DNA from: Blautia sp.
GTDB taxonomy: Bacteria; Bacillota; Clostridia; Lachnospirales; Lachnospiraceae
DNA: 64,000 nt
Assembly (NCBI GenBank): GCA_029257805.1
Contig: JARIAR010000015.1
Span: 2,493-66,492 of the forward strand
Direction of reading: 5' to 3'
Shown: positions 47,215 to 57,086 of the stretch, one piece after another
How the letters are laid out: every line of letters starts with the position of its first letter
Numbering within the stretch: the first letter of the stretch is position 1
Translations under genes and position numbers: made by a program
The notes under the pieces: model-generated
What the model was told of the DNA's origin: nothing
The model's database searches: none
What the model saw: the letters and a program-made list of their open reading frames with translations, nothing else

Positions 47215-48999
47215 CTAACATGTTCTTTTTAAACGCAGGGTTGCGATTGTCCCTCCGCCTGTCCTACTGGCATAAGAAAGCCCAAATTCTTCCCCGAAAG
47301 CAAGTTTTACTCTGTCATTTACATTAAGAGTCCCAAAGGCTTTTATCTCTTCTCCCCGCTCTCTGTGAGACAACCATTCATTTAAATTCCTGCACTGGAT
47401 ATCCGTCATTCCCGCCCCATCATCTTCTACCTGCAAAATCAAAATATCCGGTTTTTCCAAATATCCACGAATCCATATCGTTCCTTTTTCCTGATCAGAT
47501 TCTTTAATCCCATGGTATAAAGCATTCTCCACAAGAGGTTGTAAACAAAGTTTCAAAACCTGACATTTCAACACTTCGGAATCAAATTCTGTCACATAAT
47601 CAAACAATTCTTCATATCGGAATTTCTGAATATCCAAATAGCTTTTTACCATTTCCACTTCCTGTTCCAAAGTAATAAACTCTTTTCCCTGGCTGAGGCT
47701 GATTCGAAAGAAATTTGATAATGCCAATACAATATCTACAATCCCCTGGGCATGATAATCTTTTGCCATCCAGGAAATCGTATCCAGCGTATTATAAAGA
47801 AAATGCGGCTTAATCTGTTCATGAAGAATTTTTAGTTCTGCTTCTCTTTTATCTTTTTGTTCCTTATATACAAGATGAATCAGCTCATTAATTTTATCTA
47901 CCATAGAATTAAACGAATCTCCCAGCTGTTTGATCTCACCTTTATAATGATTATCAAAATGCACGGACAGATCTCCTGTCTGTGCTTTTTTCATAAGCCG
48001 CGATAATTTAGAGATAGGTTTTGTAAAAGATGCTGAAAACACTATGGAGCATACCGCTGCAAAAGCCCCTGTCAGTACAGCGATCCAAATAGAAACTTTT
48101 CTCACCTGCACAGCACCTTCAATTGTCTTTCCCCAGTCAAACACGCCTACTGCTACCAGATTCGTATAATCAGAACGACTATATATCACATTATATTTAT
48201 CTCCTCCGATCCTACAGCGTACCTGTCCGCTTTTTTCCCCGGTAAACCACTGCGGATCCATACGATATACAATTTTATTTTTAGGTGCAAATACTACTTT
48301 TCCATGACTATCCTGTATATATCCAAAGCCAGTCTGTCCCATAGTAATATCTTCAACCAGATTCTGGATACTTTTTAAATCCAGATCTACAAGAATAACT
48401 CCCAGAATTTCTCCTGTTTCTTCTTTTGATACCTGTTTCGCTACACTTATGTAACTGTCCACACTATAATTCTTCCAGCTTCTTAAGTTTCTTCCAAAAC
48501 TTGTTGTATTTAAAACCATCTCTCCGTTGGCCTCTACAGCCTCCTGATACCAGTCTTCTGCACTTAGTGGCCGCTTTTGTATGCGATAGGAATCATTGGA
48601 AAGATACTGTCCTTTTTCACTTACCACTACAATATTCAGGTATTCCTTGTAGCATTCAGAGTATTCTGAAAGAATTTCTCTTACCTGACTTTCTAACTCT
48701 ACTCTCTTTCCCTGCTCCCGTTCTGCATCTACCTGCATATAATTTTGCACTGAGGGATTTTTTCCTAATAATTCTATATTATCTGAAACAGACTGAAAGA
48801 TCAAATCCAGAGACTTTAATACCTGATTTTGTGTTTCCATGGTATTTGCCGAGGAATACTCTTCAATGGAATTTTGATAAATTACATTTCCGGTTAAGGT
48901 AAGGATAGTTGTTACCACTAATAATAATCCGCAATTTAAGATAATCAGCTTGAACATCATATTTTCCGGCCGGCATTTTTCTTTCAGTCTTTTTAACAT
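47215..48999 (-). CDS. Sensor histidine kinase, YesM/LytS-like (Cache-HAMP-His_kinase-HATPase)
   Basis: Two TM segments flank an extracellular domain, followed by HAMP. H-box region HEQIKPHFLYNTL and HATPase DDGAGM. TTGGAGGAGAACAGA-ATG places the start at 48999. Confidence 0.9.
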   Translation of the reverse strand: MLKRLKEKCRPENMMFKLIILNCGLLLVVTTILTLTGNVIYQNSIEEYSSANTMETQNQVLKSLDLIFQSVSDNIELLGKNPSVQNYMQVDAEREQGKRVELESQVREILSEYSECYKEYLNIVVVSEKGQYLSNDSYRIQKRPLSAEDWYQEAVEANGEMVLNTTSFGRNLRSWKNYSVDSYISVAKQVSKEETGEILGVILVDLDLKSIQNLVEDITMGQTGFGYIQDSHGKVVFAPKNKIVYRMDPQWFTGEKSGQVRCRIGGDKYNVIYSRSDYTNLVAVGVFDWGKTIEGAVQVRKVSIWIAVLTGAFAAVCSIVFSASFTKPISKLSRLMKKAQTGDLSVHFDNHYKGEIKQLGDSFNSMVDKINELIHLVYKEQKDKREAELKILHEQIKPHFLYNTLDTISWMAKDYHAQGIVDIVLALSNFFRISLSQGKEFITLEQEVEMVKSYLDIQKFRYEELFDYVTEFDSEVLKCQVLKLCLQPLVENALYHGIKESDQEKGTIWIRGYLEKPDILILQVEDDGAGMTDIQCRNLNEWLSHRERGEEIKAFGTLNVNDRVKLAFGEEFGLSYASRTGGGTIATLRLKRTC

Positions 49000-49104
49000 T
49001 CTGTTCTCCTCCAATATGTTTTATCATATGGCATATGAAAAGCCTTGTCAACACGTGAAAAAAGAGCTGCCAACAGCAGCCCCTTTTTCATTTTTTCCAT
49101 GCGA

Positions 49105-50091
49105 TTATTCTTCTGAAGAAGCACCGCCATATTTTTCTAATAATTCTTCTGCATTATCTGGTGTTACGATCTCAGATGTAAGAGTCAAAGTTTTTTCCAG
49201 TTCTTTTCCTTCTACCAATAACTGATGTGCACTTTCAATTGCTTCTGCTCCACCTGTTGGATATACCTGAGTCATGCTCAATCTTCCATCCATAACGCTT
49301 CGAATACCACCATCCGGTGTTGGAAGTCCATCAAATCCAATAAATTTAATGTCCCCTTCTCTGCCTGCATTTTTTGCAGCAATGTAAGCACCTTCTGCCA
49401 TTGGGTCATTTAATGCAATAAACAGATCAATTTCATCATTTGTCTGAAGCATTTCTTCTGCTACTGTAATTGCTTTTTCACGAAGCCAGTCTGCATTATT
49501 TACAGAAACAATCTCAAGTTTATCATTTTTTTCAATTCCTTCACGGAAACCTTTATCTCTGTCAATTCCTCCGGAAGTTCCTTCCAGGCCTTTGATCTCA
49601 CAGATTTTTCCACCATCCGGAAGAAGAGTATCTGCTATATATTCTCCTGCAATACGTCCCATATCTACATTATCTGCACCAATAAACTGGGTGTATTTAT
49701 CTCCATCAATTTTACGGTCAAGAAGAATCACCGGAATCCCTGCATCATAAGCAGCGCTTACTGCATTTGTAAGAGGAGTGGCTTCATTTGGAGAAGTAAT
49801 GATCAAATCTACTCCCATCTGTACAAAGTTTTCAATATCTGCGATCTGTTTGGAGTTATCCTGGGCAGCATCTGCAAACACCACTTCAAATTCCGGATAT
49901 TTTTCTGCTGCTCTTGCAATCTGGTCATTCATAGCTACACGCCATGGCTCTCCAAGATTACACTGGGACATTCCAATTACATATTTGTCTTTCTTTTCTT
50001 TCTCCTCTGCCTGAGCAGTTACTGTGCCTGCTGCAAGACCGGATACCACAACTGCAGTTGTCAATAAAACGCTGATGATTCTCTTTTTCAT
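49105..50091 (-). CDS. Monosaccharide ABC transporter substrate-binding protein (RbsB-like)
   Basis: 328 aa. Signal peptide MKKRIISVLLTTAVVVSGLAAGTVTAQA with no Cys. Peripla_BP_4-type fold. Confidence 0.85.
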   Translation of the reverse strand: MKKRIISVLLTTAVVVSGLAAGTVTAQAEEKEKKDKYVIGMSQCNLGEPWRVAMNDQIARAAEKYPEFEVVFADAAQDNSKQIADIENFVQMGVDLIITSPNEATPLTNAVSAAYDAGIPVILLDRKIDGDKYTQFIGADNVDMGRIAGEYIADTLLPDGGKICEIKGLEGTSGGIDRDKGFREGIEKNDKLEIVSVNNADWLREKAITVAEEMLQTNDEIDLFIALNDPMAEGAYIAAKNAGREGDIKFIGFDGLPTPDGGIRSVMDGRLSMTQVYPTGGAEAIESAHQLLVEGKELEKTLTLTSEIVTPDNAEELLEKYGGASSEE

Positions 50092-50183
50092 AAAAACCCT
50101 CTTTCTCCGGCAGTTCTCATATTTTTTATATTTATTTTCCTCTTTCCCTGCCGGACGAAAAAGGAAAATACATTTTACATTTC

Positions 50184-51167
50184 TCAGTCTTTTACTTTGT
50201 CTGCCTGCATAAATACAGCAATGATGATCAAAAATCCTTTTACCATTAACTGAAGATTTGAATTTACACCTTTTAATCCAAGTACATTATCAAGCATTCC
50301 AAGAATCAAGGCGCCGATAAGAGTTCCAACGATTGTACCCTTGCCGCCTGCCAGGCTTGTTCCTCCAATCGCACAGGCTGCCACTGCATTTAATTCATAT
50401 CCTACGCCTTCATTAGGACCACCCTGGCTAATCTGTGCTGCATGAATCATAGCCGCAATAGAAGATAAAACTGCACAGAGCATAAATGCGTAAATTTTAA
50501 TACGATCTACTTTAATTCCTGATAAATATGCAGCCTGACGATTTCCTCCAATTGCATAAAGTTCTCTTCCGAACCTTGTTTTACTTAAAATAAGCTGGAA
50601 TACAACAAGAAGCACAAGGAAAATAACTGCCGGTACAGGAATCAGCCCCCCTATACGCATCTGCAATACTTCAAAAGCAGGAGGTGCCATGCCTTCCCCT
50701 TTTCCATATGCCAGCGGAATTCCAATTCCATTTGCCCAAAATCTTGCAAGTCCCCTGGCAATATTCATAGATGCCAGTGTTACGATAAATGCCTGCAATT
50801 TCAGCTTTGTAATACAAAGTCCATTAAAAAGTCCAAACGCGGCTCCGATCAAAAGGCTTAAAAGAACTGCCGGTACAAATCCAAGACCGCTTTTTACCAT
50901 AAGGTATGCACAGCCTGTAGAAATCAATCCTACTACAGAACCTACAGAAAGATCAATATCTCCAAGAATCAAAATAAGGGTCATACCGATTGCTATAATT
51001 CCATTTTCTGATACTGCCCTTAATACGTTCATCAGGTTTCGAATATCAAGGAAATTGTTTTTTCCATCTTTTACACAGATTGTAGAAGCTACTACAAATA
51101 TGATAATCAGAGCTATCACACTTTGCATCTGCTTCAATACTGCCTTTACATTTGCTTTCTTCTCCAT
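50184..51167 (-). CDS. Monosaccharide ABC transporter permease (RbsC-like)
   Basis: Polytopic BPD_transp_2-type protein. GAGGAGGGG SD before ATG 51167. Confidence 0.85.
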   Translation of the reverse strand: MEKKANVKAVLKQMQSVIALIIIFVVASTICVKDGKNNFLDIRNLMNVLRAVSENGIIAIGMTLILILGDIDLSVGSVVGLISTGCAYLMVKSGLGFVPAVLLSLLIGAAFGLFNGLCITKLKLQAFIVTLASMNIARGLARFWANGIGIPLAYGKGEGMAPPAFEVLQMRIGGLIPVPAVIFLVLLVVFQLILSKTRFGRELYAIGGNRQAAYLSGIKVDRIKIYAFMLCAVLSSIAAMIHAAQISQGGPNEGVGYELNAVAACAIGGTSLAGGKGTIVGTLIGALILGMLDNVLGLKGVNSNLQLMVKGFLIIIAVFMQADKVKD

Positions 51168-51180
51168 TTTTATCCCCTCC

Positions 51181-52689
51181 TCATTTTGTTGCACTCTGAA
51201 GCAGATTTTCCTGGGTTGCCTCTTCCTGCTTAAATTCTCCAGTTAATTCTCCCTCGCAGAATGTTACAATTCTGTCTGAAATACCGATTACCTCTGGAAG
51301 TTCTGAAGATACTACAATAATTGCCATACCTTCTTTTGCCAGATTATTGATCAGCTGATAAATTTCTGCTTTTGCTCCTACGTCAATTCCTCGTGTAGGT
51401 TCATCAAGAAGCAAAATTTTAGGATTCGTCATTAACCAGCGCGCCAGTACAACTTTTTGCTGATTTCCACCAGAAAGGGAACTTGCCAGGGATCTAACAC
51501 CCGGTGCCTTAATCCGTAATGCCCCCATTTTTTCATTCCATATTTTTTTCTCTTCTCCATATTTCATGAAAAATGCAGGGCTAAATTTTTTCAAGAGGGG
51601 AAGGGACATATTTTCTCCAATACTTCTTTGAAGTACAAGCCCCGTTCCTTTTCGATCCTCCGTGGCAAAAGAGATGCCCTCTCTAATAGCATCTGCAGGC
51701 GTTTTTATCTGTACCTCTTTTCCTTCTATATAAATTTTGCCTTTTGTTTCTCCGTGATGTACACCTGCAAGGCATTCAAAAAATTCAGACCGTCCTGCAC
51801 CTGCCAGCCCTGCAATTCCAAGAACTTCTCCATGCCGGACATGTAGCGAAATATTTTTCAGAGAACGACGGAAACTTCCTTCCGGAGGCGTATATGTAAG
51901 ATTTTTTACTTCCAGAGCAATCCCGCCTTTTTCGGTGGAGTCTTTGGGATACTGTTCACTCATATCTCTTCCCACCATCATACGGATAATCTCATCTTTT
52001 GTTGTTTCAGAAGCATTTACTGTTCCAATATATGTTCCATCTCTCATAACCGTAAGTCTGTCTGCAATTTTAAAGATTTCTTCCATACGGTGCGTAATAT
52101 AAATAATCCCTTTTCCTTCTTTTTGAAGCTGCCGGATAATCTGAAATAATTTTTCAGTCTCTTTTTCACTAATAGCAGATGTCGGTTCATCCATAACAAT
52201 AATCTGGGAATTAAGAGACAATGCCTTGGCAATTTCTACCAGCTGCTGTTCTCCAATACGAAGATTTTTTAATTTTTCGGAAGGATTCACCTTTACATCC
52301 AGCATATCCAAATACTTTTTTGCTTCTGCCAACATTTCCTTAAAGTCTACAACAGGTCCGGCTTTTGCTTTCCATCTTCCCAGAAATATATTCTCTGCTA
52401 CACTTAATTCCGGAACATTTTGCAGCTCCTGATGAATTTTAGCGATTCCCAGTTTCTTTGCTGATATGGGATCCGGTACATTTACCTTCTCCCCATTCAC
52501 ATATATTTCACCCTCTGTAGGCTGCAATGAACCACTTAAAATATTCATTAATGTGGATTTCCCTGCACCATTTTCTCCCATAAGGGCAAGCACTTCCCCT
52601 GCGTAGAGGTCCAGGGAAACACCTTTTAAAGCCTGTACGCTTCCAAAGGTTTTACTAATATTTTTCATATCCAGTAATTTCTTTTCCAT
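51181..52689 (-). CDS. Monosaccharide ABC transporter ATP-binding protein, duplicated cassette (RbsA/MglA-like)
   Basis: The first cassette has Walker A GENGAGKST. Signature motifs are LRIGEQQLV and LSGGNQQKV. AAGGAGG SD before ATG 52689; the track start at 52827 is an over-extension. Confidence 0.9.
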   Translation of the reverse strand: MEKKLLDMKNISKTFGSVQALKGVSLDLYAGEVLALMGENGAGKSTLMNILSGSLQPTEGEIYVNGEKVNVPDPISAKKLGIAKIHQELQNVPELSVAENIFLGRWKAKAGPVVDFKEMLAEAKKYLDMLDVKVNPSEKLKNLRIGEQQLVEIAKALSLNSQIIVMDEPTSAISEKETEKLFQIIRQLQKEGKGIIYITHRMEEIFKIADRLTVMRDGTYIGTVNASETTKDEIIRMMVGRDMSEQYPKDSTEKGGIALEVKNLTYTPPEGSFRRSLKNISLHVRHGEVLGIAGLAGAGRSEFFECLAGVHHGETKGKIYIEGKEVQIKTPADAIREGISFATEDRKGTGLVLQRSIGENMSLPLLKKFSPAFFMKYGEEKKIWNEKMGALRIKAPGVRSLASSLSGGNQQKVVLARWLMTNPKILLLDEPTRGIDVGAKAEIYQLINNLAKEGMAIIVVSSELPEVIGISDRIVTFCEGELTGEFKQEEATQENLLQSATK

Positions 52690-52885
52690 AGCTCCTCCTT
52701 TACGTCCTTCACTTGATATCGTCATTATACACAAAAAAATATGGAATGTATTTCCAATTATCGTAGGTTTTTTTATGATTTTTTTACTATTTTTATAAAA
52801 ATATAAATTTTCCATTGAAGTCATCAAGTAAAAGTTTTACAATATTAAACAGATAAAGCAAACAAAGAAAACGGAGGACGTTATT

Positions 52886-53911
52886 ATGGAAAAAAAGAAT
52901 ATCGACTGGGCAAATTTAGGCTTCGGATATGTAAATACAGATTACCGCTATGTTTCCAATTTTAAAAACGGGAAATGGGATGAGGGTATTCTTACAACAG
53001 ACTCTACTGTCACCCTTAATGAATGTGCTGGTGTTCTTCAATATGCCCAAACCGTATTTGAAGGAATGAAAGCATACACTACAGAAGACGGACGTATCGT
53101 TACTTTCCGTCCTGATTTAAATGCAGAACGTATGGAAGCTTCTGCTAAAAGACTGGAAATGCCGGTTTTTCCAAAAGAACTTTTTATTGACGCGATCATT
53201 CAGACAGTTAAGGCAAATTCCGCATTTGTTCCGCCTTACGGATCCGGCGCCACACTTTATATTCGACCTTATCAGTTTGGCACCAATCCTGTTATTGGGG
53301 TAAAACCGGCTGATGAATATCAGTTCCGTGTATTCACAACACCTGTAGGACCTTATTTTAAAGGCGGTGCAAAGCCTCTTACAATCCGCGTATGTGATTT
53401 TGACCGTGCTGCCCCGCATGGCACAGGACATATTAAAGCAGGATTAAACTATGCTATGAGTATGCACGCAATTGTTGATGCGCATAACCAGGGATTTGAT
53501 GAAAATTTATATCTTGATCCTCAAACCCGTACAAAAGTAGAAGAAACCGGAGGAGCCAACTTCCTCTTTATAACAAAAGATGGGAAAGTCGTAACTCCTA
53601 AATCTTCCAGTATCCTTCCTTCTATTACACGCCGCTCTCTGATTCAGGTAGCAAGAGACTATCTTGGGCTGGAAGCAGAGGAACGTGAAATTTACCTTGA
53701 TGAAGTAAAGGATTTTGCTGAATGTGGTCTTTGCGGCACTGCTGCTGTGATTTCTCCTGTGGGTAAGATCGTGGATCACGGAAAAGAAATCTGTTTCTCA
53801 AGCGGTATGACAGAAATGGGACCTGTCACAAAAAAACTTTATGAAACTCTTACCGGAATTCAAATGGGACGCATTGAAGCACCTAAAGGATGGCTGCAGG
53901 TAATTGAATAA
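52886..53911 (+). CDS. ilvE: Branched-chain-amino-acid aminotransferase
   Basis: 341 aa, class IV aminotransferase. EGMKAY, YIRP and GTAAVI(S)PV motifs. Confidence 0.9.
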   Translation: MEKKNIDWANLGFGYVNTDYRYVSNFKNGKWDEGILTTDSTVTLNECAGVLQYAQTVFEGMKAYTTEDGRIVTFRPDLNAERMEASAKRLEMPVFPKELFIDAIIQTVKANSAFVPPYGSGATLYIRPYQFGTNPVIGVKPADEYQFRVFTTPVGPYFKGGAKPLTIRVCDFDRAAPHGTGHIKAGLNYAMSMHAIVDAHNQGFDENLYLDPQTRTKVEETGGANFLFITKDGKVVTPKSSSILPSITRRSLIQVARDYLGLEAEEREIYLDEVKDFAECGLCGTAAVISPVGKIVDHGKEICFSSGMTEMGPVTKKLYETLTGIQMGRIEAPKGWLQVIE

Positions 53912-53913
53912 CA

Positions 53914-53957
53914 AAAAGCCGGAACGGTTCATTCAAACATAAACCGTTCCGGCTTTT
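53914..53957. terminator. Bidirectional terminator between ilvE and the CDF gene
   Basis: AAAAGCCGGAACGGTT ... AACCGTTCCGGCTTTT, a perfect 16-bp inverted repeat. Confidence 0.7.
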
Positions 53958-53958
53958 C

Positions 53959-54882
53959 TTATTTATTCCACTCTTCACTTACAGGATTTACATGAACCAT
54001 ACAATGTTTTACATTGCGGAAATTTTTTTCAATAGAAAGATGTACTTTCTCTGCAATAGTATGAGCTGCATTTAAAGTTATTTCATCATCTGCTGCAATT
54101 TCTATATCTACATATATTTTAGAACCAAAAAGGCGGGTTCGCATTACATCTATACGTTTTACTCCCTCTACCTTCATAATCACATCCCGCATTTTCTGAA
54201 CTGTTTCTTCATCACAGGAATGATCCACCATTTTATCAATAGCATCCCGAAAAATATCAACTGCTGCCTTTGCTATAAAAAGACAAATCACAACACTTGC
54301 AATCGGATCCAGAATTGGAAATCCTAATCTTGCTCCTAAAATACCTACAAATGCACCTACAGAAGACAACGCATCTGATCGGTGATGCCATGCATCTGCC
54401 ATTAAAGCTCCCGAATTAATTTTCTTGGCTGCCGCTCTTGTATACCAGAACATCCATTCCTTCACAAAAAGAGAAAGAACAGCAGCTGCCAGCGCTAATT
54501 TTCCAGGAACCATCAGATTCTTTCCAGATGTGCCGGCAATGATCTTTTCTATTCCATTTATTCCAATTCCCACACCAGTAATCATTAAAAGTCCTGCCAG
54601 AAGAATAGACGATACACATTCTAATCTTTCATGTCCATACTGATGCTCTTTGTCTGATTGTTTGTTTGCCATATTGACACCAACCATGACGATCACGGTA
54701 CTTGCAACATCTGAAGCAGAATGAATCGCATCAGAAATCATAGCTCCTGAATGTGCCAGGATTCCTGCCAGTAATTTAAAAAGGGATAAAAAAACATTTA
54801 CAAAAATGCTTACCCCAGATACGTGCATTGCTACCTGCTGCTCTGTGTTTTTCACTTGGTTACTTTGTTTAATGTGTTCCAT
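53959..54882 (-). CDS. Cation diffusion facilitator (CzcD-like) metal exporter
   Basis: 307 aa, six TM segments. Conserved SDAIHSASD and HHRSDALSS metal-site motifs and a cytoplasmic C-domain. Confidence 0.85.
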   Translation of the reverse strand: MEHIKQSNQVKNTEQQVAMHVSGVSIFVNVFLSLFKLLAGILAHSGAMISDAIHSASDVASTVIVMVGVNMANKQSDKEHQYGHERLECVSSILLAGLLMITGVGIGINGIEKIIAGTSGKNLMVPGKLALAAAVLSLFVKEWMFWYTRAAAKKINSGALMADAWHHRSDALSSVGAFVGILGARLGFPILDPIASVVICLFIAKAAVDIFRDAIDKMVDHSCDEETVQKMRDVIMKVEGVKRIDVMRTRLFGSKIYVDIEIAADDEITLNAAHTIAEKVHLSIEKNFRNVKHCMVHVNPVSEEWNK

Positions 54883-54969
54883 AATAGGACCTCCTTTATT
54901 TTTAGGCTCATCTTATGGCACATACATTTCAACAATTTACTTTCCTATTTTTCGAAAGCATCTGCTCCT

Positions 54970-55135
54970 GTGTGTTTTTCCTGCATAAGAAAAACACACC
55001 TGCGGAACATACACTGTCCCGCAGATGTGTAAATTTTACAATAGAAATCTCTATCGCTTCTATTTATATCACATCTGCTGCCGCTTTATGCAGCCCGGCT
55101 CCATGCCTTTCGACATCGCCTGCTCAGTTTGTACT
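54970..55135 (-). promoter_or_regulatory. NiCo (czcD-motif) Ni2+/Co2+ riboswitch plus expression platform
   Basis: The minus-strand RNA reads ACAAACUGAGCAGGCGAUGUCGAAAGGCAUGGAGCCGGGCUGCAUAAAGCGGCAGCAGAUGUG-[40 nt]-CACAUCUGCGGGACAGUGU. As I recall them, the czcD-motif blocks ACUGAGCAGG, GCCGGGCUGC, GGCARCAGAUG and AUCUGYGGGACAGU are all present. A CUGCGG/CCGCAG hairpin with a U-rich tract follows, then an 11-bp hairpin. It lies upstream of a CDF exporter. Recognition is from memory of the consensus, not from a covariance-model score. Confidence 0.65.
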
Positions 55136-55286
55136 GTTGATCTCGCATTCAATTTGAATGTAATGCAGTGCAAAGAGATTTATATGATATTACTATATCC
55201 ATATGCAAAAGTCAAGAAAAAGAGACATAACTTTTTCATCCTGTGTAAAAGTTATGTCCCTTTTCATCTACTGTTTTTTTATATGC

Positions 55287-56990
55287 TTATCTACCAAACT
55301 GCATATCGTTGTTACCGGATTCTGTCTGCCACATTTCCAGCATGTTGATCGGATCATCATAATCTGCTAACCAGCCTTCACGGCAGAAGTCAAATTTACC
55401 CTGTTTTCTTTCATCCAGGAATACAGACCATTCACGTGTTTCTACAGTTACACTAATTCCGAGAGCATTTAAATCCTGCTGAATGGATTCTCCAATTTTT
55501 ACATTTCCTTCAGAATCATTTGTCAGATATACCATGTTAATTGGTGTATCTGCAGAGAGCATGCCGTTTTCATCAAATTCATATCCAGCACCTTCCAGAA
55601 GTTTTCTTGCTTCTTCCAGATTTTCATCATATGCTTCCGGATCAAAATATCCTTTTGCATCTTCTACCGGATAAGTATACGCATCATCATTTGTACGGAA
55701 CTCTCCACCATTTCCATCTGCCATTCCTGCCGGAACAAAGGTGTTTGCAACTTCCTGATCTGCCTGTGCAATAGTATCTACAATATACTGACGGTCAATA
55801 AGAAGGTTGATTGCTTTTCTCATATCAGCTGCCTGCTGTACAGTTTTTCCTTTGAACAGGTCACTGTTTACATTAAATCCTGCATAGTATGTTCCAAGAG
55901 TGGAGAATTTATGGAAATCATCTCTTTCTTTTGCAGTTTCCATCATATCTGTTGGAATCGTATCGCTGAACTGTAAGGATCCGTCTTCATATGCATTCCA
56001 CACAGCAGTGTCATCTGCACTTAACATAAACTGGATCTTATCAAGAGATACTTCGTCTGCATTGTAGTAATTTGGATTTTTCTCATAAGTCATGGATTCA
56101 TTATGTTTCCATTCTGTACATGTCATAGGACCGGAAGTAACAAATCCTGCTTCTGTACACCATGCACCCGGGTTTGTTTCTGCATCTTTTGCAGCTTCTA
56201 CGCTCTGCTGCGGTACCGGGTAGAATGCCGGGAATGCACACAGATCAAGGAAATATGCACATGGGGCATTCAGATGAACTGTAAATGTTTTTCCATCTTC
56301 AGATGCTTCCACATCAAGGGTACCATCATCTTTTCTTGCAATTCCATCTGCCAGATAGAAATAATCCGCACCTGTCTCCGGTGTCACAAGACGATTCCAG
56401 CTGTAAGCAACATCTTCTGCATTCAGTTCTTCACCATCTGACCATTTTACACCATCTTTTAAAGTAAAGGTATAGGTAAGACCATCTTCACTTATTTCAC
56501 AGTTTTCTGCAAGATCCGAAACTAATTTTCCTTCTGCATCATATTTGTAGAGACCAGCAAATGAAAGAATGGCAAGTGCACCACCATCAACTGTTGTATT
56601 CAGTGCCGGGTCAAGTTTATTTGGCTCAGAAGCAATCTGAACACTTAATTTATTATCTGGAGCCTTTGCAAATCCAAAATATTTAAAACCAAAACGGTTG
56701 GCGTAAATATTTTCTACATCTGTTTTCTGCATATATACATCATTATAGTAATATAACGGTATAATTGCCCAGGTGTTCATCAGCTCATCCTCTGCTTCAT
56801 GCATAAGGGCTTCACGTTTCTCCAAATCCGTTTCTTTCTTAATTTCTTCGATTCTGGCATCGTATGCCTCCCATGCCGGAGCTGCTTCACTGGATGGGCC
56901 ATGCTCTTCAGATGCAAAAACAGATACCCCTCCCAAACTACTTGCTGTCATGGTTGCTGCCAGCGCAAGTGCTAAGTGTTTCTTTCTCAT
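55287..56990 (-). CDS. oppA: Peptide ABC transporter substrate-binding protein (family 5)
   Basis: 567 aa, SBP_bac_5-type. Signal peptide MRKKHLALALAATMTASSLGGVSVFA with no lipobox Cys. Confidence 0.85.
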   Translation of the reverse strand: MRKKHLALALAATMTASSLGGVSVFASEEHGPSSEAAPAWEAYDARIEEIKKETDLEKREALMHEAEDELMNTWAIIPLYYYNDVYMQKTDVENIYANRFGFKYFGFAKAPDNKLSVQIASEPNKLDPALNTTVDGGALAILSFAGLYKYDAEGKLVSDLAENCEISEDGLTYTFTLKDGVKWSDGEELNAEDVAYSWNRLVTPETGADYFYLADGIARKDDGTLDVEASEDGKTFTVHLNAPCAYFLDLCAFPAFYPVPQQSVEAAKDAETNPGAWCTEAGFVTSGPMTCTEWKHNESMTYEKNPNYYNADEVSLDKIQFMLSADDTAVWNAYEDGSLQFSDTIPTDMMETAKERDDFHKFSTLGTYYAGFNVNSDLFKGKTVQQAADMRKAINLLIDRQYIVDTIAQADQEVANTFVPAGMADGNGGEFRTNDDAYTYPVEDAKGYFDPEAYDENLEEARKLLEGAGYEFDENGMLSADTPINMVYLTNDSEGNVKIGESIQQDLNALGISVTVETREWSVFLDERKQGKFDFCREGWLADYDDPINMLEMWQTESGNNDMQFGR

Positions 56991-57086
56991 AATATGTTCC
57001 TCCTTTAACTGGATTTTTTCACAGCTTTCACTGCGTCTATTCTACAAATGTTCCGCAGAATTCCGGAAACAAATTGTATTCCTATT

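Noticed and set aside
50689-51246. 185-aa plus-strand ORF antisense to the RbsC-like permease
   Set aside because: It is the mirror frame of a hydrophobic membrane-protein gene. It has no SD and no recognisable domain.
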